From a bacterium (GTDB lineage: Bacteria > SAR324 > JACQKK01): a stretch of 64,000 bases of DNA. Below, piece by piece: positions 19,200 to 30,663 of this stretch. How positions within the stretch are numbered: position 1 is the first letter of the stretch; every line of letters starts with the position of its first letter. The DNA is taken from NCBI GenBank assembly GCA_035266845.1, contig DATFMP010000054.1:93709-157708 (forward strand). Direction: 5' to 3'. The notes under the pieces were generated by a model. That model did not search any database. It was not told where the DNA came from and worked only from the letters and a program-made list of their open reading frames with translations. The position numbers and the translations under genes were made by a program.

Positions 19200-20168
19200 A
19201 TGAAGGCTATTCGTGTGCACGAACAAGGGCCTTCCAGCGTGATGAAGCTGGAAGAGGTGCCCACGCCCACGCCGGGCGAGGGTCAGCTGCTGGTCAAGCT
19301 GGCCGCGGCGGGTCTGAACTACATCGATACCTACCAGCGCTCCGGGCTGTACAAAGTGCCCACGCCGTTCACCCCCGGCAACGAGGGCGCGGGCGTGGTG
19401 GAAGCCGTGGGCCCGGGCGTCAGCGGCTTCGCCAAGGGCGACCAGGTCTGCTACACGGGCGTGCTGGGCGCCTATGCAGAGTACACGCTGCTGCCGGCAG
19501 ACCGGGCGGTCAAGGTGCCGGCGGGCATGGATCTCAAGATGGGCGCGGCGATCATGCTGCAGGGCATGACGGCGCACTACCTGTGCAAGGACACCTATCC
19601 GCTGAAGAAAGGCGATGCCTGCCTGATCCACGCGGGGGCCGGCGGCGTGGGCCTGCTGCTGATCCAGATGTGCAAGATGATCGGCGCCACGGTGTTCACG
19701 ACGGTTTCCACCGAAGAGAAAGCCAAGCTGGCCAAGGAAGCGGGTGCGGACCACGTGATCCTCTACACCCAGGAGGACTTCGAGGAGGCCTGCAAGAAGA
19801 TCCTGGGCGACCGCAAGCTGGATGTGGTGTACGACTCGGTGGCCAAGACGACCTTCGACAAGGGTCTGAACCTGCTGCGACCGCGCGGGCTGATGGTGCT
19901 CTACGGCGCCTCCAGCGGCCCGGTGCCGCCCTTCGACCTGGGCGTCCTGGCCGCCAAGGGCTCTCTGTTCGTCACGCGCCCCAGCCTGGTGAACCACATC
20001 GCCTCGCGCGCGGACCTGGAAGCGCGGGCCGCGGAGGTGCTGGGCTGGGTGAGCTCCGGCAAGCTCAAGGTGCGCATCGGCGCGGAGTTCCCGCTGGCGC
20101 AGGCCAAGGAAGCCCACGACGCACTGGAAGGCCGCAAGACCACCGGCAAGGTGCTGCTGATTCCCTAG
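19200..20168 (+). CDS. qor: NADPH:quinone oxidoreductase (zinc-type alcohol dehydrogenase superfamily, Qor-like)
   Basis: MKAIRVHEQGP...GNEGAGVV...AGAGGVGLLLIQ is a typical Qor. Confidence 0.85.
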   Translation: MKAIRVHEQGPSSVMKLEEVPTPTPGEGQLLVKLAAAGLNYIDTYQRSGLYKVPTPFTPGNEGAGVVEAVGPGVSGFAKGDQVCYTGVLGAYAEYTLLPADRAVKVPAGMDLKMGAAIMLQGMTAHYLCKDTYPLKKGDACLIHAGAGGVGLLLIQMCKMIGATVFTTVSTEEKAKLAKEAGADHVILYTQEDFEEACKKILGDRKLDVVYDSVAKTTFDKGLNLLRPRGLMVLYGASSGPVPPFDLGVLAAKGSLFVTRPSLVNHIASRADLEARAAEVLGWVSSGKLKVRIGAEFPLAQAKEAHDALEGRKTTGKVLLIP

Positions 20169-20261
20169 CCGCCCATCTGCCCGGGGCTGCCGCGACGCGA
20201 CAGTTCCGGGCGATTTCCCCGCTTCCCATTGCCGCCAAACACCCCCCGCCCCTGACCGGCG

Positions 20262-21104
20262 ATGACCTACCTTGTCCTGGCCGTGCTGGTGCAGGTGGCG
20301 ATGGCCGCCGTGCTCAAGATCGGGGAGCTGTACCAGCAGGATCGCCTGGCCGTAATGGCCTTCAACTACCTGTTCGCCGCCTTCATCGCCTCGGCGGTGT
20401 GGGCGGTGCAGGGCACGGGTCTGCCCAGTGTGCCCACGCTCGTGCTGGGGCCGGTGGCGGGCTTCTTCTACGCCATAGGGCTCTTCCTGTGGATGGGCGG
20501 CATCGCCACGGCCGGCCTGGGCACCTCCACCACCGCCCTGCGCCTGAGCGTGCTCTGGCCCACGCTGCTCTCGCTGCTGGCCTTCGGCGAGCGGCCCTCC
20601 GGCTCACAACTGGTTGGCGTGGCCCTCACCTTCGGCGTGCTGGGCCTGCTGGGCGCGCACAGCCTGCGCGTGGGCCGCACGCGGGCGGGTCAGGGCGCCT
20701 TCGGCTGGCTGCTGGCCACGTTCGTGCTCAACGGCGGCGTGGGCATCTGCCAGAAGCTCTTCATCGAGTGGTCTCGGCCCGGTGAGGAGGTACCCCTGCT
20801 CGCGCTGATCTTCACCACGGCCACGCTGATGTGCGGCGCGGTGATGCTGCGCCGGCGGCGGCGTCTGCGCCGCGGCGACGTGCTGCGTGGGCTGCTCTTC
20901 GGCTTCGGCAACGTGTGCTCCAACGGACTGCTGCTGCTGGGGCTGTCCCGCGTGCCGGGCGTGGTGGCCTTCCCGTTCGTCAGCGTGACCATGATCGGGC
21001 TTACCGCGCTGACCGGCATCGTGCTGTGGCGCGAGCGTCCCGGGCTCTATGGCTCCGCGGCCATCGGCCTGGCCGGCGTGGCCATCGTGCTGATGCTGCG
21101 CTAA
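20262..21104 (+). CDS. integral membrane protein (DMT-superfamily-like, ~10 TM)
   Basis: Highly hydrophobic 280 aa. Family call tentative. Confidence 0.55.
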   Translation: MTYLVLAVLVQVAMAAVLKIGELYQQDRLAVMAFNYLFAAFIASAVWAVQGTGLPSVPTLVLGPVAGFFYAIGLFLWMGGIATAGLGTSTTALRLSVLWPTLLSLLAFGERPSGSQLVGVALTFGVLGLLGAHSLRVGRTRAGQGAFGWLLATFVLNGGVGICQKLFIEWSRPGEEVPLLALIFTTATLMCGAVMLRRRRRLRRGDVLRGLLFGFGNVCSNGLLLLGLSRVPGVVAFPFVSVTMIGLTALTGIVLWRERPGLYGSAAIGLAGVAIVLMLR

Positions 21105-21267
21105 GCGCCCACGGGGCGCGATTGCCGGGGGCCGCGGCGGCGTGGTAAGGACCCCCGACAGCGGCGACGCGCCAGGGCCGGTGAAGCAGGCTCATCCGGC
21201 CGGCGTGCGACGGAAGGCCGCACCGGGGGCGCCCCGCCGCCCGGTCATCCTGCCATGGGAGCGAGCG

Positions 21268-22941
21268 ATGAAAGCGATGTCGGGCCGCGAGGCCTTCCTG
21301 ACCTTGATGGAGGAGGAGGGCGTCGAGTATCTCTTCGGCAACCCGGGCACCACCGAGCTTCCCATCATGGACGCCCTGGTGGATCACCCCGCCATCCGCT
21401 ACGTGCTGGCCCTGCAGGAGGCCGTGGCGGTGGGCATGGCGGACGGTTATTCGCGTGCAACCGGCAAGCTTTCCTGCACCAACCTGCACGTGGCCCCGGG
21501 ACTCGGCAACGCCATCGGCTCGCTGTACACGGCGCGCTTCTTCGGTTCGCCCATGATCGTCACGGCCGGCCAGTGGGAGGCAGGGCACGGCCTCACCGAG
21601 CCGCTGCTCTCCGGCGATCTGGTGGCCATGGCCGCGCCCGTGGTGAAGTGGGCCACGGAAGTGCAACGCGTGGAGGACGTGCCGAGGGTCTTCCGCCGTG
21701 CCGCCAAGCTGGCCCTCACGCCGCCCACGGGGCCCGTGTTCGTCTCGCTGCCGGGCGACGTGCTGGTGAATTCCGCCGAGCTGGAGCTGGGCAGCGCCAC
21801 GCGGCTGGATAGCCGCACGCGACCCTCCGATGAGGCCCTGGAGCATGTGGCGGAGCGCCTGCTGGGCGCCGGCGCGCCCGTCATCATCGCCGCGCAGGAG
21901 GTGAACACGAGCGATGCCTTCGCCGAGCTGGCGCGGGTGGCGGAGCTGCTGGGCGCGCCGGTGTACAATCAGTCCGTGCCCTCCCTGGCCGTGTTCGATA
22001 CGGAGCACCCGCTGTTCGTGGGCGAGATCAGCCGCGACCAGCGTCGCGTGCGCGAGCGGCTGGATCCCCACGACCTGCTGTTCATGGTAGGCGGGGACGG
22101 CCTGCGCATGTCCGTGCAGTCGCCCGTGGAGCCGGTGCCGCCGGGCCTGCCCATCGTGCAGTTGGGCACGCGCGATTGGGAGATCGCCAAGAACTATTCC
22201 GCGGAGATCGCTCTGGACGCGGACGTGCGCGAAACCCTGCGCGCACTGGCGCCCATCCTGGAGCGCCGCGGCAGCAAGTCCCAGGTCGCCGCGGCGGAGC
22301 AGCGGGTGGAGCGCATCCGTGGAGCGAACTGGGCCGCCAAACGCGCCGCCCGCGTGACGACGACCGAGCCACTGGGCGGCCGCAAGCCGATCCTGGCCGA
22401 ATACCTGATGCTGCAGATCGCCGAGACCCTGCCGGCGGATGCCGTGGTGGTGGACGAGGGCATCACGGCCACGCGCAGCCTGCTGAGCCTGCTGCGCGCC
22501 AAGGAGCGGCAGCGCTACTTCGGCATGGCCAGCGGCGCCATCGGCTGGGGCATTGCCGCCGCGGTGGGCGTGCAGCTTGCCGTGCAGCCGCGCCGCGTGG
22601 TGGCCGTCATCGGGGACGGCAGCTCCATGTACAGCATCCAGGCGCTGTGGACGGCCGCGCGGCACCGCCTACCGATCACGTTCGTGATCGCCAGCAATGG
22701 CGCCTACAGCATCCTCAAGGAGCGGCTGGTGGCCTTCGGCGGCTCCTCGGTGGCCAAGGAGACCATGATCGGCATGGACTTCGAGCCGCCCATCGGCTTT
22801 CCGGCGCTGGCGGAGTCCCTGGGCGTGGCGGCCCGCCGCGTGGAGGATCCGGCGGACATCGTGCCGGCCCTGCGCTGGGGGCTGGAGGCCGACGGCCCCA
22901 CCCTGCTGGATGTGGCCATCCACGACGGCTACCGCAGCTAG
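21268..22941 (+). CDS. thiamine-pyrophosphate-dependent enzyme (benzoylformate decarboxylase / acetolactate-synthase-like)
   Basis: Start at MKAMSGREAFL. N-terminal TPP-pyrimidine domain (GNPGTTELP). GDGSSMYSIQALWTAARHRLPITFVIASNGAY TPP-binding motif. Confidence 0.8.
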   Translation: MKAMSGREAFLTLMEEEGVEYLFGNPGTTELPIMDALVDHPAIRYVLALQEAVAVGMADGYSRATGKLSCTNLHVAPGLGNAIGSLYTARFFGSPMIVTAGQWEAGHGLTEPLLSGDLVAMAAPVVKWATEVQRVEDVPRVFRRAAKLALTPPTGPVFVSLPGDVLVNSAELELGSATRLDSRTRPSDEALEHVAERLLGAGAPVIIAAQEVNTSDAFAELARVAELLGAPVYNQSVPSLAVFDTEHPLFVGEISRDQRRVRERLDPHDLLFMVGGDGLRMSVQSPVEPVPPGLPIVQLGTRDWEIAKNYSAEIALDADVRETLRALAPILERRGSKSQVAAAEQRVERIRGANWAAKRAARVTTTEPLGGRKPILAEYLMLQIAETLPADAVVVDEGITATRSLLSLLRAKERQRYFGMASGAIGWGIAAAVGVQLAVQPRRVVAVIGDGSSMYSIQALWTAARHRLPITFVIASNGAYSILKERLVAFGGSSVAKETMIGMDFEPPIGFPALAESLGVAARRVEDPADIVPALRWGLEADGPTLLDVAIHDGYRS

Positions 22942-22961
22942 CGGAACGAAGGCCTGTTTGG

Positions 22962-23705
22962 CTACACCTCCACGACGAGCCCGTCGTCGGCGCACTCGAA
23001 GTCGAGGTTGGGCACGCGGGCCAGCATGTCGGCGCTCATGTGGGTGAGAATCACACGGCGGGGACGCAGTTCGCCCAGGTGCGCCTGCAGGCTGGCCAGA
23101 TCCAGGTGGAAGGGAATGCGCTTGTCGTGGAAGTAGGCTTCCGCGATGAGCAGGTCCGCATCCTGGGCGGCAGGAACCAGGTCCTCGCACCACTCCGTAT
23201 CGCCCGTGTAGCACAGCACGCGGCCCCCGCACTCGATGCGCAGGGCCAGGGGCTCCGTGCCCGGCGTATGGCGCACGGCCTGGGGCGTGATGGCCAACCC
23301 GGCCACCTCCTGGCGCACCCCCGGCGTCAGTTCCGTGATCTCGATGGCGTACTTCTGCTGCACGGCGCTCATGCCCGGGAACAGCGCGTCCATGGTTTCG
23401 CGCAGGCGCTGGCGCGTGCCGGGCGGTCCGACGATGCGCAGCGGTGTGCTGCGCTTGCTGATGAGTTGCGCATCGAGGATGAAGAAGGGCACACCGCCGA
23501 AGTGATCGCCGTGCAGGTGCGAGAGCACGATCGTCTCCACAGCGTTGGGCTCCGCCCCGAAGCGGCGCATGGAGATCAGCGCGGAGGCTCCGCAATCCAC
23601 CAGGAAACCCGTACCGCCACCCTGCACGAGGATGCAGGTCTGCAGGCGGCCACCGCTGCCAAAGGCATCGCCGCTGCCGAGAAAGGTCACGCGCAGATCG
23701 CTCAC
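22962..23705 (-). CDS. MBL-fold metallo-hydrolase (RNase Z/ElaC-like short form)
   Basis: FLGSGDAF...LVDCGAS...LSHLHGDHFGG (HxHxDH). Confidence 0.7.
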   Translation of the reverse strand: MSDLRVTFLGSGDAFGSGGRLQTCILVQGGGTGFLVDCGASALISMRRFGAEPNAVETIVLSHLHGDHFGGVPFFILDAQLISKRSTPLRIVGPPGTRQRLRETMDALFPGMSAVQQKYAIEITELTPGVRQEVAGLAITPQAVRHTPGTEPLALRIECGGRVLCYTGDTEWCEDLVPAAQDADLLIAEAYFHDKRIPFHLDLASLQAHLGELRPRRVILTHMSADMLARVPNLDFECADDGLVVEV

Positions 23706-23774
23706 GGGGGCTCCTGGGCCGGAAATCGAAGCAAGGCCGGGGCAGCGGGCTGGGAGGGCTTTTCCGGACGCAGC

Positions 23775-24704
23775 CTAGAGAAGAGCCTTGGGCGTGTCGT
23801 CACGGTTGCCCCACTCCGCCCAGGAGCCATCATAGCCACGCACGCGCGGCAGGCCCAGCCATTTCAGCGTGAAGTAGGTGTGCGCGGCCCGCACCAGCAC
23901 CTGGCAGTAGACCACCGCCTCGCGGTCGGGCATCACCCCAAGCTGCTCGTAAGTCTCGCGCAGTTCCGCCGCGGACCGAAACGTGCCGTCCGGCCGCAGG
24001 TTGCGCTTCCACTCCATGGAGACGGCGCCGGGAATGTGACCCCCGTGCTTCGCGTAGCGCGTCGCACCGATGTACTCCAGCGTAGAGCGGGCATCGACCA
24101 GCACCACGGCGGGATCGTGCAGGTGCGCGCGCACCCAGGCCAGGTCCGCGATGGCCGCCGACTTTGGGCGGGGCGTGAAAGCGGCGTATGGTGCGCTGAA
24201 CGCCTCGCGGGAAACGGACCTGCCGCCGCGCAGCCAGGCCCGCCAACCGCCATCCAGCAGACGCCCGTGACCCTGGCCCAGGTAGTCCAACACCCAGAAC
24301 AGTCGCGCCGCGTAGAGGTCGCCCGCATCGTCGTACGCCACGACGGTGGTGCCCGCACCGATGCCGGCCCGACTCAGGGCTTCAGCCACCTGCGCCACAG
24401 GCGGCAGCATCCCCGCGACGCCCTTCACGGTGGCGAACAGTTCCTCGGCCGGCAGGTTCACCGCGCCTGGGATGTGCCCCTGGGCGTAAGCCGCGGCATC
24501 CCGGACATCCACGATGCGAAGGCCCGGCTGCGTGGCCTCGCGCAGGTGCGCAGCCAGCCACGGTGCCCGCACCAGCAGTTCGGGCCGCGGATGCCAGGAC
24601 GCAGCGCCAACAGCCTCTGCCCCGCCGAGCACCAGCAGCAGGGGCAGCGCAACGGCGATACCCCGAAGCGCGAACCGGGGCCTGGCAATCGAGCATAGAC
24701 GCAT
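23775..24704 (-). CDS. periplasmic tandem-rhodanese sulfurtransferase (thiosulfate/3-mercaptopyruvate sulfurtransferase-like)
   Basis: Start at MRLCSIARP (signal peptide). Two rhodanese domains. Active-site Cys in VVYCQVLVRAAH. Confidence 0.75.
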   Translation of the reverse strand: MRLCSIARPRFALRGIAVALPLLLVLGGAEAVGAASWHPRPELLVRAPWLAAHLREATQPGLRIVDVRDAAAYAQGHIPGAVNLPAEELFATVKGVAGMLPPVAQVAEALSRAGIGAGTTVVAYDDAGDLYAARLFWVLDYLGQGHGRLLDGGWRAWLRGGRSVSREAFSAPYAAFTPRPKSAAIADLAWVRAHLHDPAVVLVDARSTLEYIGATRYAKHGGHIPGAVSMEWKRNLRPDGTFRSAAELRETYEQLGVMPDREAVVYCQVLVRAAHTYFTLKWLGLPRVRGYDGSWAEWGNRDDTPKALL

Positions 24705-24810
24705 GCGTGTACCCCCGAAAGTCATGTGTGGCTGGAGTGAGGCTCGAAACGGACGGGCGCCCACCCTGCCCACCACACCGCGTCGACATATATGCTCGGG
24801 CATTCGTGGC

Positions 24811-24850
24811 AAAAAAAAACGGTGCAGCCCGTCTGGGCTGCACCGTTTGT
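24811..24850 (-). terminator. rho-independent terminator (11-bp GC stem, 4-nt loop, U9 tail on the minus strand; weaker T tail on plus)
   Basis: cggtgcagccc-gtct-gggctgcaccg is flanked by A9 on the plus strand, which is T9 on minus. It sits 30 nt downstream of the CDS ending at 24880. Confidence 0.85.
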
Positions 24851-24879
24851 CCTGAGTGCGAGGCGTCGGTGCTGGCGGT

Positions 24880-26730
24880 CTAGTCGGCCAGCTGCTCGAA
24901 CGTCTGGCTGAGGTCATCCCGCACCGTGGAGCGACGCCGCGAGAATTCGGCGAACGCGGTGTCGTGGAAGCCCCGGGAAACGGAGTACAGAAACTCGTTC
25001 AGCACGTTGGCCATCGCCATCATGGTGGTCTTCTTGCGCTTGACCGAGGTGATATCCAGCTCCAGCAGGGCGCCGGGCAGGATGTGGTACGGATTCACCA
25101 GCCCCTCGAACTCCTCGAACTTTTGCTCGAGGAAGTGCAAGCGGCTTTCCACGATGGTGCGATCGACCGGGTGCTGATTGCCGAAGATCTGCTGCAGCCG
25201 GTGCTTCGTGGCCGAGACGCGCTTGCGGAGCTCTTCCACGATGTACAGGTTGGTCTTGTTCATCTCCTCCACTTCGGTCGAGCGGGGCGGGACGAACACG
25301 ACCTCGTTCCACAGCTTCGGCGGCTCTTCCTCCACCTCTTCTTCGACGGCGCGGGAGAACCAACCGCCGGCCTTGGGCTTATCCTTCTTGAGGTATTGGC
25401 GCGCAATGTCCTCGTAGTCCTGGATGCCCTTGGCGGCCTTGTTGTCGTTGTACAGGACGTCCACCACGTTCACGACCTTCATGATCTCGGTATGAAGCTC
25501 GTCGAACTGGGCATCGTAGGCATTGCGCATACCCCGCACCTGCTCGTCATCGTAGTACGACAGGCGGATGCCGTAGCGCTCGTCGGGCAGCGCATTGACG
25601 TCCGTGTCCTCGTACTCGCGGATGACGCACTGGCGCGCGTTCTTGTAGTTCTCGATGTGCTGGTAGCCCATCTTGGAGGTGTCCAGCACCGAGGTCAGGT
25701 TGTTCACCGCCGTGTTGAAGCCGCGGTTCCGGATGTTCTCGTTGTCGATGATGCGCTTAATGTTCTCACGCACATTGAGCGGATCGAACTCGTCCGGATC
25801 GATCTCGGCGTGCAGGCCCTCGATGCGGTCCATGAAGCGCTTGGCGATGAACTGGTAACGCCGCGACTGTTCGTTGTTCACGTCGTCGTCGACGTAGTTG
25901 TCCAGGGCCTTGATCTTCTCGAACATCACCTCGGTGTCCGACAGCTCTTCCTTGCCTTCATCGATCAGGGTGTTGTTCAGCTCGGTGATTTCCTGCTCGA
26001 TCAGGGCGTGGATGTGCTTGCTGATGATGTCCTTGATGATCGTCGCCAGCGAGGTCTGGTAGTGATAGATGGGGCTGATCAACTCCGAATCCAGGATGTT
26101 GATCGCCAACTTCACATCCATCACCGTCTTGGGCTTGTAAAAGTTGTTCTTGAACGAGCACTTGGCGATCGCATAGGCGTTCTCGCCACGCACGAACGCG
26201 CCCACGTCCGACTTTTGACGCAGCAGCGCGTTGGTCTCGTTCTCCAACTCGTACATCCCACGCTGCACGTGCCCTTGCAGGTGCCCGTAGATGTTGACGA
26301 TGGACTTCTCAATCTCGCCCGTATTGAACTTGTCGATCCCGCCGATTTTGTCCAGGATCTCGGCGATCTCCCGCGGTGTATAGCGGTTGAGCGCTCGATA
26401 CTCCTCCTTGTCCACCAGATCACGTACCTTCTTGCCCAGTTCATCCTCCATAGTGGTGATGTACCGGTTGTACATGTTCTGGAAGTTCTGGTTGAAGTAG
26501 TTGTGCAGCTTCGACTTGATGGAGCCCATCACGTCGAGCTTTTCCAACACTTCAGGCGGGAGCTTCGCGTGGATATGGTTCAGGACCTTATCCACTTCCT
26601 CGTCGATGAGGAGCTTGGACTCTTCGTATTCGTTCCTGTTGTCACGATTGAGGCTGTTCCGCGACCCCACCGCACTCGGCTTTTCCGGGTGGATGACGTT
26701 GGGTCCTCGGGTCATGCTGTCTCGAGCCAT
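24880..26730 (-). CDS. hypothetical hydrophilic protein, K/N/Y/I/E/D-rich (616 aa), no recognised domain
   Basis: Long ORF with AGGAG RBS 8 nt upstream of the ATG, TTGACA box upstream and a strong terminator downstream. No P-loop and no signal peptide. Amino-acid composition is atypical for this genome but codons are GC3-rich. Confidence 0.8.
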   Translation of the reverse strand: MARDSMTRGPNVIHPEKPSAVGSRNSLNRDNRNEYEESKLLIDEEVDKVLNHIHAKLPPEVLEKLDVMGSIKSKLHNYFNQNFQNMYNRYITTMEDELGKKVRDLVDKEEYRALNRYTPREIAEILDKIGGIDKFNTGEIEKSIVNIYGHLQGHVQRGMYELENETNALLRQKSDVGAFVRGENAYAIAKCSFKNNFYKPKTVMDVKLAINILDSELISPIYHYQTSLATIIKDIISKHIHALIEQEITELNNTLIDEGKEELSDTEVMFEKIKALDNYVDDDVNNEQSRRYQFIAKRFMDRIEGLHAEIDPDEFDPLNVRENIKRIIDNENIRNRGFNTAVNNLTSVLDTSKMGYQHIENYKNARQCVIREYEDTDVNALPDERYGIRLSYYDDEQVRGMRNAYDAQFDELHTEIMKVVNVVDVLYNDNKAAKGIQDYEDIARQYLKKDKPKAGGWFSRAVEEEVEEEPPKLWNEVVFVPPRSTEVEEMNKTNLYIVEELRKRVSATKHRLQQIFGNQHPVDRTIVESRLHFLEQKFEEFEGLVNPYHILPGALLELDITSVKRKKTTMMAMANVLNEFLYSVSRGFHDTAFAEFSRRRSTVRDDLSQTFEQLAD

Positions 26731-26833
26731 AATCTCGCTCCTCTTGTTTCCGTCTTACCGGTAGTCTTCAAGCACAACAGGGACGTGGTAACAGACCAGA
26801 TTCCCCACAAACCAAAGGGACGGGAAAGGTTTT

Positions 26834-26862
26834 TGCCCCTCTTTCTTCTGCAATTTCGCCCG
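26834..26862 (-). promoter_or_regulatory. candidate promoter: consensus -35 TTGACA (26862..26857), weak -10, ~130-nt lower-GC leader
   Basis: TTGACA read directly. The -10 is poor (GAAGAA/AAGAAA). The leader 26731-26860 is ~50% GC versus ~70% for the window. Confidence 0.3.
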
Positions 26863-27069
26863 AATTGTCAAACGAAATCGCGGCCGGGCCGCGCTGCCGG
26901 GCCGTCGCCCGGCCCCGCGCAGGCACCAGACACCCGCCGCCCCGCCGCACGGGCCACGCCGGGAGTCCACGCACCAAAGCCGTGCCGGGCGGCGCAATAG
27001 GATCCAGGAGCCCTGGCCGATGCCGGACGAACGGCCTGGGGGCGTCGGGTTCCGCAGGCGTGCGCCCAG

Positions 27070-27858
27070 TCACTCACCGGTCGGCCCCTTAACGGCGTAG
27101 AAGACCCGCGGGTTGTCCCACTTCAGGGTCACGGTACCAGGCACGCCCGTGATGATCAGCTCGAAGGGGTGCGAGCCCACCGACACACCCAGCCGCCCTT
27201 TGGAGAGCTTGGGGAAGTCCACCTGGTAGGCCTGAGACCAGCGGTCGAGCCCCCGGAAGTACTTGTTGATGTAAAGAAAGGTGCGGCTCTCCGGCCGGAT
27301 GCGCTGGATGCGCAGCGGGGATTCCAACTGGCCCTCGTCGTCGCGCAGAAACAGCCGCCAGGGAGCATTCGCCTTGTCCAACTGCGAGGGTTCGTTGGTG
27401 CCCTCATAGGTGAACAGGAGGATCGAGATCTCAGTCTCGAAGGCCTGCTCCTGCTGCGCCTGGAGTTGCTTCACGTCCGCATCGGAGAGCAGGAACTGCT
27501 TGCGCAGCATGTCCACATACAGCCGCCGGTAGGTGCGGTCCTGCACGATCGCATCCACTACCAGCGCCGGGCGGAAGTCCTCGTAGAAGTTGCCGCTGCG
27601 GTAGGTATCCCGGAAGTAGTCCGCCGTCGCGGCGTCCCGGTAGTGCAGCAGCGTGAAGGGACCCTGGGGCGCATCGCGCCGACGCGCCGTGGAGCAGGCG
27701 GCAAGCGCCAGCACCAGCAATGCCGACAGCAGCAGCCGACCGGCCAGGGCAGTGCCCGCACGACCGGGCAGGGTGGGCACCGGACGCGGGACAGGGGCGC
27801 TGGCCGCGGCCCGTAGGGGGCCGTGCAGCGGGGCGCGATGGCGGGCTCGTGTTGTCAT
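27070..27858 (-). CDS. hypothetical lipoprotein
   Basis: Start at MTTRARHR. Lipobox LALAAC. No recognised domain. Confidence 0.55.
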   Translation of the reverse strand: MTTRARHRAPLHGPLRAAASAPVPRPVPTLPGRAGTALAGRLLLSALLVLALAACSTARRRDAPQGPFTLLHYRDAATADYFRDTYRSGNFYEDFRPALVVDAIVQDRTYRRLYVDMLRKQFLLSDADVKQLQAQQEQAFETEISILLFTYEGTNEPSQLDKANAPWRLFLRDDEGQLESPLRIQRIRPESRTFLYINKYFRGLDRWSQAYQVDFPKLSKGRLGVSVGSHPFELIITGVPGTVTLKWDNPRVFYAVKGPTGE

Positions 27859-28080
27859 TCCGCCTGCGATGTGACAAAAATGCGCGTTTAAAAAGCCTTT
27901 GCCGTGCAGGGTGATGCTGCCCTGCAACGTAGTCGATCGCGGCAGGCCTGTCCATTGCCGCCACCCCGCCGGGTGGGGCGGCGCCGCCTGAGGGCGCGGC
28001 GCCGTGCACGCGGGGTCGGCGCTATCCGGGTTTGAGCCATTGGAGCCGAAGCAGGCGAACGAACGAGGAGACACACAACC

Positions 28081-30351
<2,271 letters not shown>

Positions 30352-30663
30352 GCATGAAGCGTCCCCGGCCCCCGCGTGTCACGCGGGAGGCCGGGCCGCA
30401 GGGCGGCACACGCACTGGTGCGGAAGCACCGGCCGGGCCGTGTACGGTCCGCGTCCCACCCATGTTTTTTGTTGCGCGGCAATTCAGGATAGACTATCAG
30501 GTGAAACCCAATTCCTGCCCGCTAGCGGGGGTGCGCGGGAAGGAGCCGCTCCGGAGCCGTTGAACGCGGCGGCCCGGGCCGGTCGGCAAGGGGGGCTGGC
30601 TCGCACCCCCATGCGTCTTGCAGCACTCCCACGCAACGCATAGGGACAGCGGAACGACCGACG

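Noticed and set aside
27868-27895. TGTGA...TTTAAA patch as a CRP/FNR-type site
   Set aside because: There is no matching TCACA half-site at the required spacing. It is kept only as a generic AT-rich regulatory patch.
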